Source: a virus (lineage: Duplodnaviria; Caudoviricetes). Taken from it: a DNA stretch of 62,896 nt. The stretch covers positions 1 to 62,896 of IMG/VR virus record IMGVR_UViG_3300041584_000032, one strand, 5' to 3'. The stretch's first letter is position 1. Every line of letters starts with the position of its first letter. Of the stretch, positions 38,432-48,577 are shown piece after piece. A program made the translations under genes and the position numbers. Below the pieces are notes generated by a model, which ran no database searches, had not been told where the DNA came from, and saw nothing but the letters and a program-made list of their open reading frames with translations.

Positions 38432-40674
38432 CTTAATAATTGACTGTTTGTTCCATCGTTTGAATACCTTGCGAAGTTAATAATAATTTTTGATTCTTTT
38501 TTTTCAGGTATATACAAGTGCTTTTGGTTTGCCATAATAGCAAGACCTGTGCTTATAGAAGCATCAAACTTTGTTCTATTGTTAATGTCAAATTTTGCCC
38601 AATCTTCTAAAGTTCTTGTAAAAGGCATGGTTCCCATTTCTCCAACGTCCCTATAATCTCCCGCAAAGTCTACTCCTATGTACTTCTCTATGTAAGATTC
38701 AATGGCAGATGCGTGAGATTGTTTTACGTCCTCGGAGCTGTTTGGTATCCCTCCTAGCTCTCTTTCTGTTCCTGATAATTTACTGTATTGCTTGTCGGGT
38801 CTATTTACAGAATAACCTCTATACCCTCTGTTCTTAAAATGATACAATAGACGTGGCTTGTTGTTTTCAATAAGGATTGGCATTCCGTAAAATATGCAGG
38901 CCATTAACACCTCTTCAAAGAAAATCTCTGCAGTTTGTGGTCTTGCTATATACTCAAGGAAAAATTCATTACTAGGGGCTTCGTCCATGTGGAACTTAGT
39001 TAAACCATGGAGCGAGCCGTTTGAGCCCCTGCCCCCAACCACTGCTGATATATCGTAAGGGTCGCAACCAAAGGTTCCTATGTGTTCGTTTCCGGGGAAC
39101 TTCATTCCGTTTTTTAAATGAACATTGTTCTGTAGGTGCTTAGCAGGAGTCCAACTAACCAAGAACCTTCCTCTTTTATCAGGTGTAAAAATTACCTTTG
39201 TATCTTTAACACCATCTTGCCAATAAAAAGCACCTCTTGTTAGAAACCTTTCTTTTATCAAACTATCGTTGTAGTCTATCTGCTGATATATTTTTGTCAA
39301 GTTAAATAACGCCTGTACGCTCTCATCTCTAAAAGCATGGGATTCTGTTCTAGGGAATTGTCTGTAAAATTCGTTTAAAGCATCTGCATCATTTTTTAAA
39401 GAATCAACCTCAGCTTTCCAATAGTCTAACGCACCATTTTTAATGTATCGTCCGTCAACTCCCATAACAGGCTTTTCAGGCTTTTCAAAAACAGGCATAC
39501 CATACCTGTCTATAAAACCCTCCATGTTCCATTCCATTGGAATAAATAAAGAGTACATTCCGCTTTTTGTTTGACCGTTTGCGTTACGAACATTCACACG
39601 TGAGTCCTCGTATAGGTCTTTATAGTTTTGACCACCTTTAGATAGCGCATTTGAAGTAGACCCCATCATGCACTTGCCTATTATTCTACTACCTAATCTC
39701 AAACAAGTTTTAGTAACTCTCCAATTGTTTAGGATGTTGTTTGGCTTAGTCCATTTTGCAGATTCATCGTGAGCTAGAAACAGTAATTTTTCTCCATCAT
39801 AAGAGTTCTCTTCTGTGTTTTTCCAATCTATAGAAGTGTCTAGTCCCTCAATACTGTCTTCATCTAAGTCATACATATTTTTTTTAGTAATCTTTGATGC
39901 GGGTATTCTAAAAGACAACTCTGTTTTAGGCTTATCCATACCATCCATAATAGGTTTAAAGAAAAATGGAAGTCTGCTATTTATAGGAACCACTTTGTCC
40001 GTAAACATTTTTTTTGCATCTGAACCTGTTTTTGATAAAATACCTACTCTTGAATTACGAGCAAGAGTTCCTATGGTAACACATTCTGATGATGCCATAA
40101 ATGAATATCCTGAACGTCTTATCTTTAAGTATATCATTCCAAAACATCTTTCGTCTGCTTTACAAGCTTCCCAAAAAATCCAAAATAAACGATTAGCCTC
40201 TCTAAAGTCGGGATATCCAACGTCTATTGTAGACCATTGAAGATACATATAATGAGAACCTGTTATGTAAGTAGGCACGCCATTATTTGTAAACCAATAC
40301 CCTTGTTCTCTATAGTCAAACTCCTTTTCGATGTAACCTACCCATCTATTTTTAAATTCAGCAGGCATTTCGTTCCAATGAAAAACTGACTGTATCCTTG
40401 AGAGCTGACTAGGTGTGTTCTCTCTTTCCCAATATTGCTCTGCTTTCAAAGAGTGTCTTTGAAGACACTTTTTAGGAGTTTTAGGAAGCGCTATATGAAG
40501 ACCTGAAATATTTATGATATCTCCAATCTCTCCTGTTTTTGATATTACAATCAATTCGTATTTCTCATTATAACCGTACAGCCAACTCTTGTTACTATTT
40601 TTTTTAGTAAGAGCTATCGAAGGAATGTAGTCCTTGACTAGAGTGTATATGTTATTTTGAGTTTCTTTCTGCAA
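38428..40674 (-). CDS. terL: terminase large subunit
   Basis: LKIRRSGYS (Walker A variant), AHDESAK (Walker B), GST, nuclease GCDPYD, IENN, FDASIS. Confidence 0.9.
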   Translation of the reverse strand: MQKETQNNIYTLVKDYIPSIALTKKNSNKSWLYGYNEKYELIVISKTGEIGDIINISGLHIALPKTPKKCLQRHSLKAEQYWERENTPSQLSRIQSVFHWNEMPAEFKNRWVGYIEKEFDYREQGYWFTNNGVPTYITGSHYMYLQWSTIDVGYPDFREANRLFWIFWEACKADERCFGMIYLKIRRSGYSFMASSECVTIGTLARNSRVGILSKTGSDAKKMFTDKVVPINSRLPFFFKPIMDGMDKPKTELSFRIPASKITKKNMYDLDEDSIEGLDTSIDWKNTEENSYDGEKLLFLAHDESAKWTKPNNILNNWRVTKTCLRLGSRIIGKCMMGSTSNALSKGGQNYKDLYEDSRVNVRNANGQTKSGMYSLFIPMEWNMEGFIDRYGMPVFEKPEKPVMGVDGRYIKNGALDYWKAEVDSLKNDADALNEFYRQFPRTESHAFRDESVQALFNLTKIYQQIDYNDSLIKERFLTRGAFYWQDGVKDTKVIFTPDKRGRFLVSWTPAKHLQNNVHLKNGMKFPGNEHIGTFGCDPYDISAVVGGRGSNGSLHGLTKFHMDEAPSNEFFLEYIARPQTAEIFFEEVLMACIFYGMPILIENNKPRLLYHFKNRGYRGYSVNRPDKQYSKLSGTERELGGIPNSSEDVKQSHASAIESYIEKYIGVDFAGDYRDVGEMGTMPFTRTLEDWAKFDINNRTKFDASISTGLAIMANQKHLYIPEKKESKIIINFARYSNDGTNSQLLR
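40453..40468. repeat. 16-bp palindrome, copy 4
   Basis: Exact copy inside terL. Confidence 0.95.
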
Positions 40675-40936
40675 ATCCTTGTCTTGTGTTTACGTTGTTA
40701 GCTCCCTGTTCTGACAGTGTAAGCATTTCTTTTTCAGAATCTATTCTGTTTAGTATTTCAAAAGCATCAAATATAGCTAGTTTCTTAGTCGCTGCTGCGT
40801 TCTTTAGCTTATCGGCAGCTAAGTCTCCACCTTCATCGTTTCCGTTCAGTATAGACTCCTCAGCGACCTTTATAAGTTCCAAAACAGCTTTATGCCCTGC
40901 CGCAATTATTTTTAGCTTTACTTCTTTACTTGTCAT
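40652..40936 (-). CDS. possible terminase small subunit
   Basis: 94-aa helical protein overlapping the terL start; positional inference only. Confidence 0.45.
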   Translation of the reverse strand: MTSKEVKLKIIAAGHKAVLELIKVAEESILNGNDEGGDLAADKLKNAAATKKLAIFDAFEILNRIDSEKEMLTLSEQGANNVNTRQGFAERNSK

Positions 40937-41496
40937 AGCTTCAGTGTTATTTGATGGTCATACATTCTAAAGAGCTTTTCCCCATCGACAATGAACTCAT
41001 ATTCGCTATCAGGAGTAAAAGATACTTTATCTCCGGAACTAATACCTTTGCTTTTTAAATATTCGTTAGGATAAATCATTAAACCCATTAGTGGCTCTTC
41101 GCTAAATGGTTTTTTAATGTAAGACTGTGTAGCCGGGATTGGCTTTACAAAACAATATTTATCATAAGCATTCCAAGACTCTCCTTTTTTGTACATAAAA
41201 AATTGGTCTGTTTCTATAAAGAAGAGGTCGTCTTTAAAGAAGCTTTTACCGCTTTTTTGCCGCCCCCTCATGTCGTTGTAATATTTAAAAACATTGTGAT
41301 GAACAAGTAAAGTATCGCCTATGGAAATAGGGCCGTTGTAACCAATTGGTAATTCGACAACCTCTGCATATCTGTTTGAAAACTTATGGTCTTCTTCTGA
41401 AGTACTAACAATAAAGTCAATACCTCCTATGTCTTTTGTGTTATCGTATCTCTTACCGTTTACAGGTCTTGCTATGAAGTAAAAAGGAGACTTCAT
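40933..41496 (-). CDS. tandem GroES-like co-chaperonin
   Basis: Two halves, each with a P-x-x-(x)-FV(K/R)P strand and an (I)xxGDxV motif (ISIGDTLLV, ISSGDKVSF). Confidence 0.55.
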   Translation of the reverse strand: MKSPFYFIARPVNGKRYDNTKDIGGIDFIVSTSEEDHKFSNRYAEVVELPIGYNGPISIGDTLLVHHNVFKYYNDMRGRQKSGKSFFKDDLFFIETDQFFMYKKGESWNAYDKYCFVKPIPATQSYIKKPFSEEPLMGLMIYPNEYLKSKGISSGDKVSFTPDSEYEFIVDGEKLFRMYDHQITLKL

Positions 41497-41723
41497 TAAA
41501 AGTTGATGTTGTATTCAATTGAAACAGGTATTGTTGAGTTAAACTCTTTCCACAAAACCACTTCCTCTTTTAAGTTTATAATATAAATCTTGAAAGATTG
41601 TTTATTTTCATCAAACGTTATTAGATGTATCTCATTAGAATCCCCAAGTATCTTCTGACCAACAATATAATGCATCGCATTACTTTTGTAATCAGAGCCT
41701 ATTGATATTTTTCTAATAGCCAT
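41496..41723 (-). CDS. hypothetical protein
   Basis: IRKISIGSDYK; translationally coupled. Confidence 0.7.
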   Translation of the reverse strand: MAIRKISIGSDYKSNAMHYIVGQKILGDSNEIHLITFDENKQSFKIYIINLKEEVVLWKEFNSTIPVSIEYNINF

Positions 41724-41731
41724 GTATTCTG

Positions 41732-42130
41732 TTATTTTACTAAATAATCGTACAGAAAAGAAACTTGTGAATGATTTAAACCACGGGTATAGATAACGAA
41801 ATCATCCTCATCAATACGATTTAAGTATTCAACATTGTGAGGAATAAGTCTTAATTCTTCTAATGTATTGTTAATTTGCTCTATTTCTTTTTTGCTTTTT
41901 TCATCCCAATTGTAGACTTGATTGCCATCTACTTCTTTCTCTTTAACATCAAACTTGATAAATATTTCTTTCTGCTCGTCAAAATATTTTTTAACTGCCA
42001 AGTTGATAGACTTAGAAACTTTTATTCCTGAGATTATTGTGGAAGATTTTTTTAAGTTTCTGTCATTTGTACATTGGCCAAGCAATTCGGACAAAGTCAA
42101 TAACTCTGTTATGTTTAATTTTTTTTTCAT
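41732..42130 (-). CDS. hypothetical protein
   Basis: 132 aa, with a promoter box upstream. Confidence 0.65.
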   Translation of the reverse strand: MKKKLNITELLTLSELLGQCTNDRNLKKSSTIISGIKVSKSINLAVKKYFDEQKEIFIKFDVKEKEVDGNQVYNWDEKSKKEIEQINNTLEELRLIPHNVEYLNRIDEDDFVIYTRGLNHSQVSFLYDYLVK

Positions 42131-42150
42131 TTTATTAGATTTTATTTTTA

Positions 42151-42190
42151 CAAATATATAAAAAAGCGAGGTTATTATGCCTCGCTTTTT
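42151..42190 (-). terminator. intrinsic terminator abutting a TATATTTG promoter box
   Basis: AAAAAGCGAGG...CCTCGCTTTTT at 42161-42190; CAAATATA at 42151-42158. Confidence 0.75.
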
Positions 42191-42196
42191 TAAGTG

Positions 42197-42418
42197 TTAT
42201 TTGATTACCTCTTCAAGCTCTAATTTTTGAGCATTAGACAAAGCAGTTACGAACCAATCTTTTTCCAACATTATAGAAATGTGTTGTTTGTTTCTTTCAA
42301 TACTTTCTAAGTCTTCTGTAGTTACTTCATCTTTAGAAGAAAGTTGATGAATTAACGTAATAGAATCATAAGAAGCTAATACTGATTTTTCAATTTGTTC
42401 TGTAGTTAAATCTTTCAT
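42197..42418 (-). CDS. small protein after tail fibre, possible fibre chaperone
   Basis: 73 aa; positional inference. Confidence 0.55.
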   Translation of the reverse strand: MKDLTTEQIEKSVLASYDSITLIHQLSSKDEVTTEDLESIERNKQHISIMLEKDWFVTALSNAQKLELEEVIK

Positions 42419-42429
42419 TTTTTTTGTTT

Positions 42430-44646
42430 TTATGTTACTATATTAATTACTGTTCCGTTTATCCATAAGTCTCCTACATTTAAACCTGCTGAAGATGTAG
42501 CTAAGTTAGCTACATTAATAGTTCCTCTTAAAATTGTTTTCACAATGCTTGTATTCCCTAACGTTGCCGTGTTTGAACCTGCCCCGATTGCCGAGTATCC
42601 AATTACTATTTGGTTAGTTTCGTTATCTCCTAGTGCTTTAGTTTCAGCCCCTAAAAATACTGAATTGTTTGAAATGTTATTAGATGTTAAACCATCTGCT
42701 ATAAGACTTCCTGAATTATATCCAATTGCGGTGTTATTAGAACCCGTGGTATTAAACAGCAAAGCGCTTTCCCCATTTGCTGCGTTAAAAGATCCTGTGG
42801 TATTAAACATCAAAACACTTACTCCATTTGCTGTGTTAGAAGAACCTGTGGTATTAAACAGCAAAGAATTTCTTCCACCTGCTGTGTTATCATTTCCTGT
42901 GGTGTTTGAAAACAAAGCAGCCATTCCATTTGCTGTGTTGCTAAATCCTGTTGTGTTTGACTGCAAAGAAAAATATCCATTTGCGGTATTATAATCTCCT
43001 GTTGTGTTAAGTAGCAAAGCATCTACTCCATTTGCTGTGTTACCGGTTCCTGTAGTGTTATTTTGTAATGCTTGATATCCATTTGCTGTGTTGCTAAATC
43101 CCGTTGTGTTGTTTCGCAAAGCCTCTCTACCATTTGCTGTGTTAGAAGAACCTGTGGTGTTATTGTATAAAGCATTTATCCCACTTGCTGTGTTATCATT
43201 TCCTGTTGTGTTATTAAACAAAGCATTTGCTCCATTTGCTGTGTTACCAGCTCCTGTTGTGTTTGCTAACAAAGCATTTACCCCATTTGCTGTGTTAAAA
43301 CTTCCTGTTGTGTTGTTTTGCAAAGCACTTTGACCATTTGCTGTGTTAAAAGATGCTGTTGTGTTGTTTTGCAAAGCATTTACTCCGTTTGCAGTGTTAT
43401 TAGAACCTGTGGTGTTTGAAGACAAAGCACTTGCTCCACTTGCTGTGTTATCATTTCCCGTGGTGTTGTTTTGCAAAGAATATGCACCAAATGCAGTGTT
43501 AAGAGTTCCTGTGGTATTAAACAGCAAAGCACTTGCTCCACTTGCTGTGTTGAGAGATCCTGTGGTATTAAACAGCAAAGAACTTGCTCCACTCGCTGTG
43601 TTAGAAGAACCTGTGGTGTTTGAAGACAAAGCACTTGCTCCATTTGCTGTGTTGAGAGAACCTGTGGTATTAAACAGCAAAGCACTTACTCCATTTGCTG
43701 TGTTAGAAGAACCTGTGGTGTTTGAAGACAAAGCACTTGCTCCACTTGCTGTGTTGAAAAATCCTGTTGTGTTTGACTGCAAAGAAAAATATCCGTTTGC
43801 TGTGTTAGAAGTTCCAGTGGTGTTTGAGGACAAAGCACTTCTACCATTTGCTGTGTTATTAATCCCTGTTGTGTTTGCTAACAAAGCATTTACCCCATTT
43901 GCTGTGTTAAACTGTCCTGTGGTGTTATTTCTTAATGCTTGATATCCACTAGCTGTGTTAGAAGATCCCGTGGTGTTTGATTGCAAAGCACTTGCTCCAC
44001 TTGCTGTGTTGTCTAAACCCGTTGTGTTGTTTCCCAAAGAATATAATCCAATTGCAGTGTTATTCTCTCCTGTTGTGTTTTCAAGCAAAGATTCATATCC
44101 AAATGCAGTATTCCCTGTGCCTGTTGTGTTTGAAATTAAAACATTTACTCCTAATGCAGTGTTATCTATAATAGCACCCCCGCTACGACCTACTATTAGA
44201 GTTGAAATTAAAGCATCATTTATAACCTCTAAATCCGTAGCAAAAACACCACCATTTAGCAGAATATCTTGAGTAGCTGTATTGCCTGCATCAAGAACAT
44301 CTTGCAAGTTAGGTACTACAGGCTCAGGTAAGGTTTGCCAAAGCAATCCTGTTGATGAACTTGTTAAGACTTGACCCGGGAAACCAAACGTGTCATCCTC
44401 ATCTTGTATGTATGTGGGAGCAGCTACATTGCATACAATCAATCCATCTAGGACAATGCTCTGAGTAGCTGTATTGCCTGCATCAAGAACATCTTGCAAA
44501 GTTATATTCTCTTGAAACAGGGCTAAAAGACCTGCAAGAGAAAAATTAAATGTTGCATTAATAGGACTATCTCCAACTCTCGTTCCTATTAACTTATCTT
44601 CAAGTTTAGGCGTTGATGCAATAGCGTAATCATTTATTTTTCCCAT
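42430..44646 (-). CDS. tail fibre with 14-aa NTTGxxNTAxGxxAL beta-roll repeats
   Basis: Tens of tandem 42-bp repeats at about 42700-44170; two LQDVLDAGNTATQ motifs. Confidence 0.85.
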   Translation of the reverse strand: MGKINDYAIASTPKLEDKLIGTRVGDSPINATFNFSLAGLLALFQENITLQDVLDAGNTATQSIVLDGLIVCNVAAPTYIQDEDDTFGFPGQVLTSSSTGLLWQTLPEPVVPNLQDVLDAGNTATQDILLNGGVFATDLEVINDALISTLIVGRSGGAIIDNTALGVNVLISNTTGTGNTAFGYESLLENTTGENNTAIGLYSLGNNTTGLDNTASGASALQSNTTGSSNTASGYQALRNNTTGQFNTANGVNALLANTTGINNTANGRSALSSNTTGTSNTANGYFSLQSNTTGFFNTASGASALSSNTTGSSNTANGVSALLFNTTGSLNTANGASALSSNTTGSSNTASGASSLLFNTTGSLNTASGASALLFNTTGTLNTAFGAYSLQNNTTGNDNTASGASALSSNTTGSNNTANGVNALQNNTTASFNTANGQSALQNNTTGSFNTANGVNALLANTTGAGNTANGANALFNNTTGNDNTASGINALYNNTTGSSNTANGREALRNNTTGFSNTANGYQALQNNTTGTGNTANGVDALLLNTTGDYNTANGYFSLQSNTTGFSNTANGMAALFSNTTGNDNTAGGRNSLLFNTTGSSNTANGVSVLMFNTTGSFNAANGESALLFNTTGSNNTAIGYNSGSLIADGLTSNNISNNSVFLGAETKALGDNETNQIVIGYSAIGAGSNTATLGNTSIVKTILRGTINVANLATSSAGLNVGDLWINGTVINIVT

Positions 44647-44659
44647 GACACTGTTTTTT

Positions 44660-44893
44660 TTATGTTATCTCTCCTGTTTGAGTATTAATAACAACATCGC
44701 TTCCGTATTTTTTAATTAACACTTGTTCGTGAGCTGTAAACTTTAGTTTTAATTGCTCAATATGTCGCATAATGTTGTGTTTTTGCAATTCAATATCTCC
44801 AATAGCCATCTTGGCTTTATTAAACTCTGCATTCATTTCCTGAATTGCACTTAGTTCTTCTTGAGTTGCTAACTTAGTTTCTTTTGTTTTCAT
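44660..44893 (-). CDS. small coiled-coil protein
   Basis: Start at MKTKETKL after an A-rich leader; ends YGSDVVINTQTGEIT. Confidence 0.65.
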   Translation of the reverse strand: MKTKETKLATQEELSAIQEMNAEFNKAKMAIGDIELQKHNIMRHIEQLKLKFTAHEQVLIKKYGSDVVINTQTGEIT

Positions 44894-44940
44894 TTTATTT
44901 GATTTTATTTCGGTAAAGATAGTATTTTTAAGATAAATTT

Positions 44941-45411
44941 TTAATTGCTTTTTTTGTACATCCAAAGCGCTAATGCAAGAATTAGCACAATTAATAACAG
45001 CCATATTAAAGAACTATAACTTGCTTTTTTGTCTACAAGCTTTCCTTTAACTTTTACGGCTGTAGTCTTACTCAAAACAACCTCTTCTAAGCACTTTTCA
45101 GACACTTTTATTTTTGTGTTGTCTATTGATAGCTTTTTTGTCCTTTTAACTCTAAGGACTGCATTACTATACCTCTTGCCGTCTACTACAATGTCTTTTG
45201 ATGAATCTATTGGAGCTATCTCAATTTCTTCTGAATCCTCAGTAATAACAATGTTATTATCTTGAGTAGATACCACTTCTTTAATAGAAATAGAAGTGCT
45301 ATCTATTACAATGGATTTTTCTTCGAGTGATTTGTTTACTTTCCGTGCAGCGCAAGATGTAATAAGAAAAAAAGCAATAGAGTAAAGTAATATTTTTTTT
45401 AACAATTCCAT
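44941..45411 (-). CDS. lipoprotein with C-terminal TM helix, unimolecular-spanin-like
   Basis: Signal peptide with lipobox LITSC, beta-rich middle, C-terminal hydrophobic helix, near the endolysin. Confidence 0.7.
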   Translation of the reverse strand: MELLKKILLYSIAFFLITSCAARKVNKSLEEKSIVIDSTSISIKEVVSTQDNNIVITEDSEEIEIAPIDSSKDIVVDGKRYSNAVLRVKRTKKLSIDNTKIKVSEKCLEEVVLSKTTAVKVKGKLVDKKASYSSLIWLLLIVLILALALWMYKKSN

Positions 45412-45656
45412 TTTCTAAGGCTTTTATTTATTCGACTGTCAGGGTCGTTTGCTGTTTTTGCAGAAGTAAGCTTTTTCTTCATTCCTTGCATACGAGCACA
45501 AAATGAGTTTTTCCTTTTACCACCCCCGGGTTGCGGAGCTTTTAAACCCGGTTTATTTGGGTTTTCTTTATTATAAGAGGCTCTGCCTTTTGCATTTAAA
45601 CCTCCTGAAGGAGACTTGCCTTCCTTACGAGTCCAAGCAGCGGTCTTATTTGCCAT
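45399..45656 (-). CDS. small basic phage protein
   Basis: AWTRKEGKSPSGGLNAKGRASYN...SFCARM...LRKWNC. Confidence 0.75.
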   Translation of the reverse strand: MANKTAAWTRKEGKSPSGGLNAKGRASYNKENPNKPGLKAPQPGGGKRKNSFCARMQGMKKKLTSAKTANDPDSRINKSLRKWNC

Positions 45657-45798
45657 TGTTTATTTTCTTCTCTTGCTTTAGCATTTGAGCAGTTGGTTTT
45701 TTACCGCTGCCTTTGTTGGCCCGGATATTATCCCAAAGCCCTCTTTTAGAGTAGGAGCCGTCTTTTCTTTTTATAAGCGTGTTTGATTTCTTTGGCAT
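45646..45798 (-). CDS. small basic protein (50 aa)
   Basis: MPKKSNTLIKRKDGSYSKRGLWDNIRANKGSGKKPT..., read by eye. Confidence 0.6.
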   Translation of the reverse strand: MPKKSNTLIKRKDGSYSKRGLWDNIRANKGSGKKPTAQMLKQEKKINNGK

Positions 45799-45814
45799 AA
45801 TTTTTTTTTATGTA

Positions 45815-46279
45815 TTAGCTACCTACCTCAAAGTGCATCCAATCAAAATTCTTTTCTCTTCCTAGACTAATGAATCCATGCTTGTAAAAAATGTCAATCA
45901 TAGCTTTGTATTCAGGTCTTGCAAACCTTGCAGTCCTTGATGTTTCTCTTAAAAGGTTTCTATCAGGGTCTAAGTCAATTGCTAATCCCCAAGAATGCAT
46001 TGATGGTCTTGAACCACCTCGCATAAGTCTAAAATTAAAACAACCACCAAAATCATCAAGTTGTAGTTCTTTTATTTTATCAAGACCGTAGGTCTCTAAT
46101 ATTTCTGCAAATATTTTCTTAAAATTTTCAGCCACCAATCTATGACAACGCATACGATTTACATATACGTCTGTTTGCCAATTTAAAAACATAGGATAAG
46201 GCAAGTCTATTGTTACTAAATAACCTTCTCCTGTTTTGTTTGGAATGCCGTATTTAGCTTCTATCTTCTTTGTCTTCAT
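45815..46279 (-). CDS. endolysin, M15-family zinc peptidase
   Basis: GCFNFR...[11 protein letters not shown]...DWMHFE. Confidence 0.9.
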   Translation of the reverse strand: MKTKKIEAKYGIPNKTGEGYLVTIDLPYPMFLNWQTDVYVNRMRCHRLVAENFKKIFAEILETYGLDKIKELQLDDFGGCFNFRLMRGGSRPSMHSWGLAIDLDPDRNLLRETSRTARFARPEYKAMIDIFYKHGFISLGREKNFDWMHFEVGS

Positions 46280-46430
46280 ACCTTTGTTTTAAAAGATTAG
46301 TTAGTTTTATAATTGTGTAAACTATTGACACTACTAACAGTATTATTTTTAAAAAAGACTCAATATTAGTAAAGCTTACTAAAAAGACCCAAAGGTTAAA
46401 AAAGTATAATTTCATGTCTTCAGTTTGCAT
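46254..46430 (-). CDS. putative holin
   Basis: Small hydrophobic protein overlapping the endolysin start. Confidence 0.55.
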   Translation of the reverse strand: MQTEDMKLYFFNLWVFLVSFTNIESFLKIILLVVSIVYTIIKLTNLLKQRYEDKEDRS

Positions 46431-46623
46431 TATTTTGCTTGCTATAAATACGTTCAACTATACTCGTTACTCCTTGCAGTGATATGTAAGCAGTAGCCAC
46501 TATTACCCAATCAGAGCTATCAATGCTTCCGCTAAATAAAGCAAAAGAAGCAACAATAAACACCATTAATTTTCTGCTTATCCATTTTGACAAAAAAATG
46601 TCTAATTTTTCTCTCCTGCTCAT
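46420..46623 (-). CDS. putative holin, two TM helices
   Basis: SRKLMVFIVASFALF...WVIVATAYISLQG. Confidence 0.6.
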   Translation of the reverse strand: MSRREKLDIFLSKWISRKLMVFIVASFALFSGSIDSSDWVIVATAYISLQGVTSIVERIYSKQNNAN

Positions 46624-46640
46624 TTTAAAAATATTATTAG

Positions 46641-46994
46641 TTACATTTCTACTGCATCGTCTTGCGGTGCTTCTTTTTCTGTTGCTGAATCTTGAAGTTC
46701 TGCTATTTCTTTGTCCTTAGTTTCTACTTCCGACTTTAAAGCTGTGTTATCACTTTGCAAGGTTTCAATTAAAAGCAATGCATCTATTAATACTTGCTCT
46801 AAGACATCGCTTAATGGAAAGCCCTCTTGCAGTCCTAGCGCAACGCTCTGAACGTTGTTTTGCTTTTGCGTTAGTACTTGACCATCTTTTAAAACGGTGT
46901 CTAAAAAGCCTACGTGAGCGCCTGAAATGGTGCTGTCTTGATTCCAACGTACTAAAAATTCGTATGGTGTTCTGGTTTCTTTAAATTTTGACAT
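46641..46994 (-). CDS. hypothetical protein after second fibre, possible chaperone
   Basis: PYEFLVRW...GAHVGF plus coiled coil. Confidence 0.6.
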   Translation of the reverse strand: MSKFKETRTPYEFLVRWNQDSTISGAHVGFLDTVLKDGQVLTQKQNNVQSVALGLQEGFPLSDVLEQVLIDALLLIETLQSDNTALKSEVETKDKEIAELQDSATEKEAPQDDAVEM

Positions 46995-47011
46995 AATTTT
47001 TATTTTATTTA

Positions 47012-48412
47012 TTAACTTGATGTTACTGTTTCGTAAGCGGTTGCCCCGCCTATTCTCATTTTATCTAATGTAGTATTAAAAAACTGAGCGCCTTTAACGT
47101 AGGCTGGTTCGGTTGCGGTTGTAAATTGTCCGCACGATACCGTGCCGCTGAACTTACCGTTGCCTACAACGTCAAGCTTTTCTGTTGGGTTGGATTGGTT
47201 TATACCAACGTTGGCAACAATTCCAGCGTTCAATATAATGTTTCCGTTTGGATTGACTAAAATATTACGTAAATCAAAACTGCTGTTACTATGTCCGAAA
47301 GAAAGACTATTATCGCTAGTTTGCCAACGAAAACCACCGTAATCTCCTAATCCTGAAGTATCTCCAATTAACAACCGCCTGTTTGACCCACTAAAAACAA
47401 AAACATCTCTGTTTGCTAACTGAAAACCTGCGACTGGGAGGGCAATTCCTACACCTACGTTTCCATTGGCTAATTCAGTAATTACACTATTACCAACCGC
47501 GCCACTTGCCGTGAATTTTGCTAGTTGGTTTGTTGTTCCTGAACCAGAAATTTTAGCATCTACTTCATCACTAAACGCAACAGCCTTAAACGCGCTGCCG
47601 TCGTGAATATTCATACGCGCGTTTTCATCTAGCATTACAGAGCCTTTAACAGCGTTTGTAATAGTGCTTAATGCAGCCGTAAAGAACTTTTGCATACCGT
47701 TTTTAAACAGCGTGTACGCGTCTGAACGGTTGTTTGTGTCTACTCCGTTGCCGTAGTTTACAAGTCTGTCTATAAGATTAAATACTGTTGCTGATTGTGG
47801 CGTGTAGTCTGTTCCGTTTACACCTCCAGAATGTTCTGCAAGTGAACGCGCAAACGTGCTACTTCCTTCTGCGTGCGATGAACTACCGCTTGCTGTTGTG
47901 CTAACTCCCTCTGCGTGCGATGCAAAACCACTTGCTGTTGTTTCATTTCCTTGTGCGTGTGATGCTTGACCACTTGCTATTGTGCCAATGCCCTCCGCGT
48001 GTGCTGATTCCTCACTTGCGGTTGTAGTGTCACCCTCTGCATGTGATGCGTAACCGCTTGCTTCTGTGCTGTTTCCTTCTGCGTGCGATGCAAATCCGCT
48101 TGCACCTGTGCTTAATCCTGATGCGTGTGAATAATCGCCTATCGCACCTTTTGTTGTGCTTGCGCTTTGTGAAATACTTAAATCTACCGCATCATCTCCT
48201 ATGTTGCCATAGTTTGCAGGGTCTGCATCTTTAAGCCTGTAACCTGTTTTACCGTTTTCTGTTACTTTTACAAGTTGACCAGCGCCAATAGAACCTGCGT
48301 TTATTTGCGTAGGCTCGCCTGTACCGTCTTGAATTAAAACTTTTGCATTTACAGGCAAAACGGTGTCCGTTACTTTTTCGTTAAAATAATCCTTAAATAG
48401 TTTAGTTGCCAT
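47012..48412 (-). CDS. second tail fibre/adhesin with YadA-head-like repeats
   Basis: 14-aa ASGxASHAEGxxT repeats; GNVGVG and NVGINQSNPTEKLDVVG fibre motifs. Confidence 0.8.
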   Translation of the reverse strand: MATKLFKDYFNEKVTDTVLPVNAKVLIQDGTGEPTQINAGSIGAGQLVKVTENGKTGYRLKDADPANYGNIGDDAVDLSISQSASTTKGAIGDYSHASGLSTGASGFASHAEGNSTEASGYASHAEGDTTTASEESAHAEGIGTIASGQASHAQGNETTASGFASHAEGVSTTASGSSSHAEGSSTFARSLAEHSGGVNGTDYTPQSATVFNLIDRLVNYGNGVDTNNRSDAYTLFKNGMQKFFTAALSTITNAVKGSVMLDENARMNIHDGSAFKAVAFSDEVDAKISGSGTTNQLAKFTASGAVGNSVITELANGNVGVGIALPVAGFQLANRDVFVFSGSNRRLLIGDTSGLGDYGGFRWQTSDNSLSFGHSNSSFDLRNILVNPNGNIILNAGIVANVGINQSNPTEKLDVVGNGKFSGTVSCGQFTTATEPAYVKGAQFFNTTLDKMRIGGATAYETVTSS

Positions 48413-48435
48413 TTTTTTTTTATTAATAGTTTGTT

Positions 48436-48567
48436 TTATTCAGTAATCAACCTATAACCATCTGCACCCGAAATCAGGAAATCTCCTTCTTCAGATATTA
48501 AGTAAATATTCAAATCAGCTTTTGATTGCCCAATTACATTCGTTATAGATATTTGTAGTCCTGTCAT
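48436..48567 (-). CDS. small hypothetical protein (43 aa)
   Basis: MTGLQISITNVIG...YLISEEGDFLIS..., read by eye. Confidence 0.55.
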   Translation of the reverse strand: MTGLQISITNVIGQSKADLNIYLISEEGDFLISGADGYRLITE

Positions 48568-48577
48568 CTTGTTTGTT

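Noticed and set aside
42545-44272. Long plus-strand ORFs with AVL/PVV repeats
   Set aside because: Antisense shadows of the NTTG-repeat fibre gene.
44271-44499. 37-bp exact repeat in the fibre gene
   Set aside because: Encodes the duplicated LQDVLDAGNTATQ fibre motif, an ordinary intragenic duplication.
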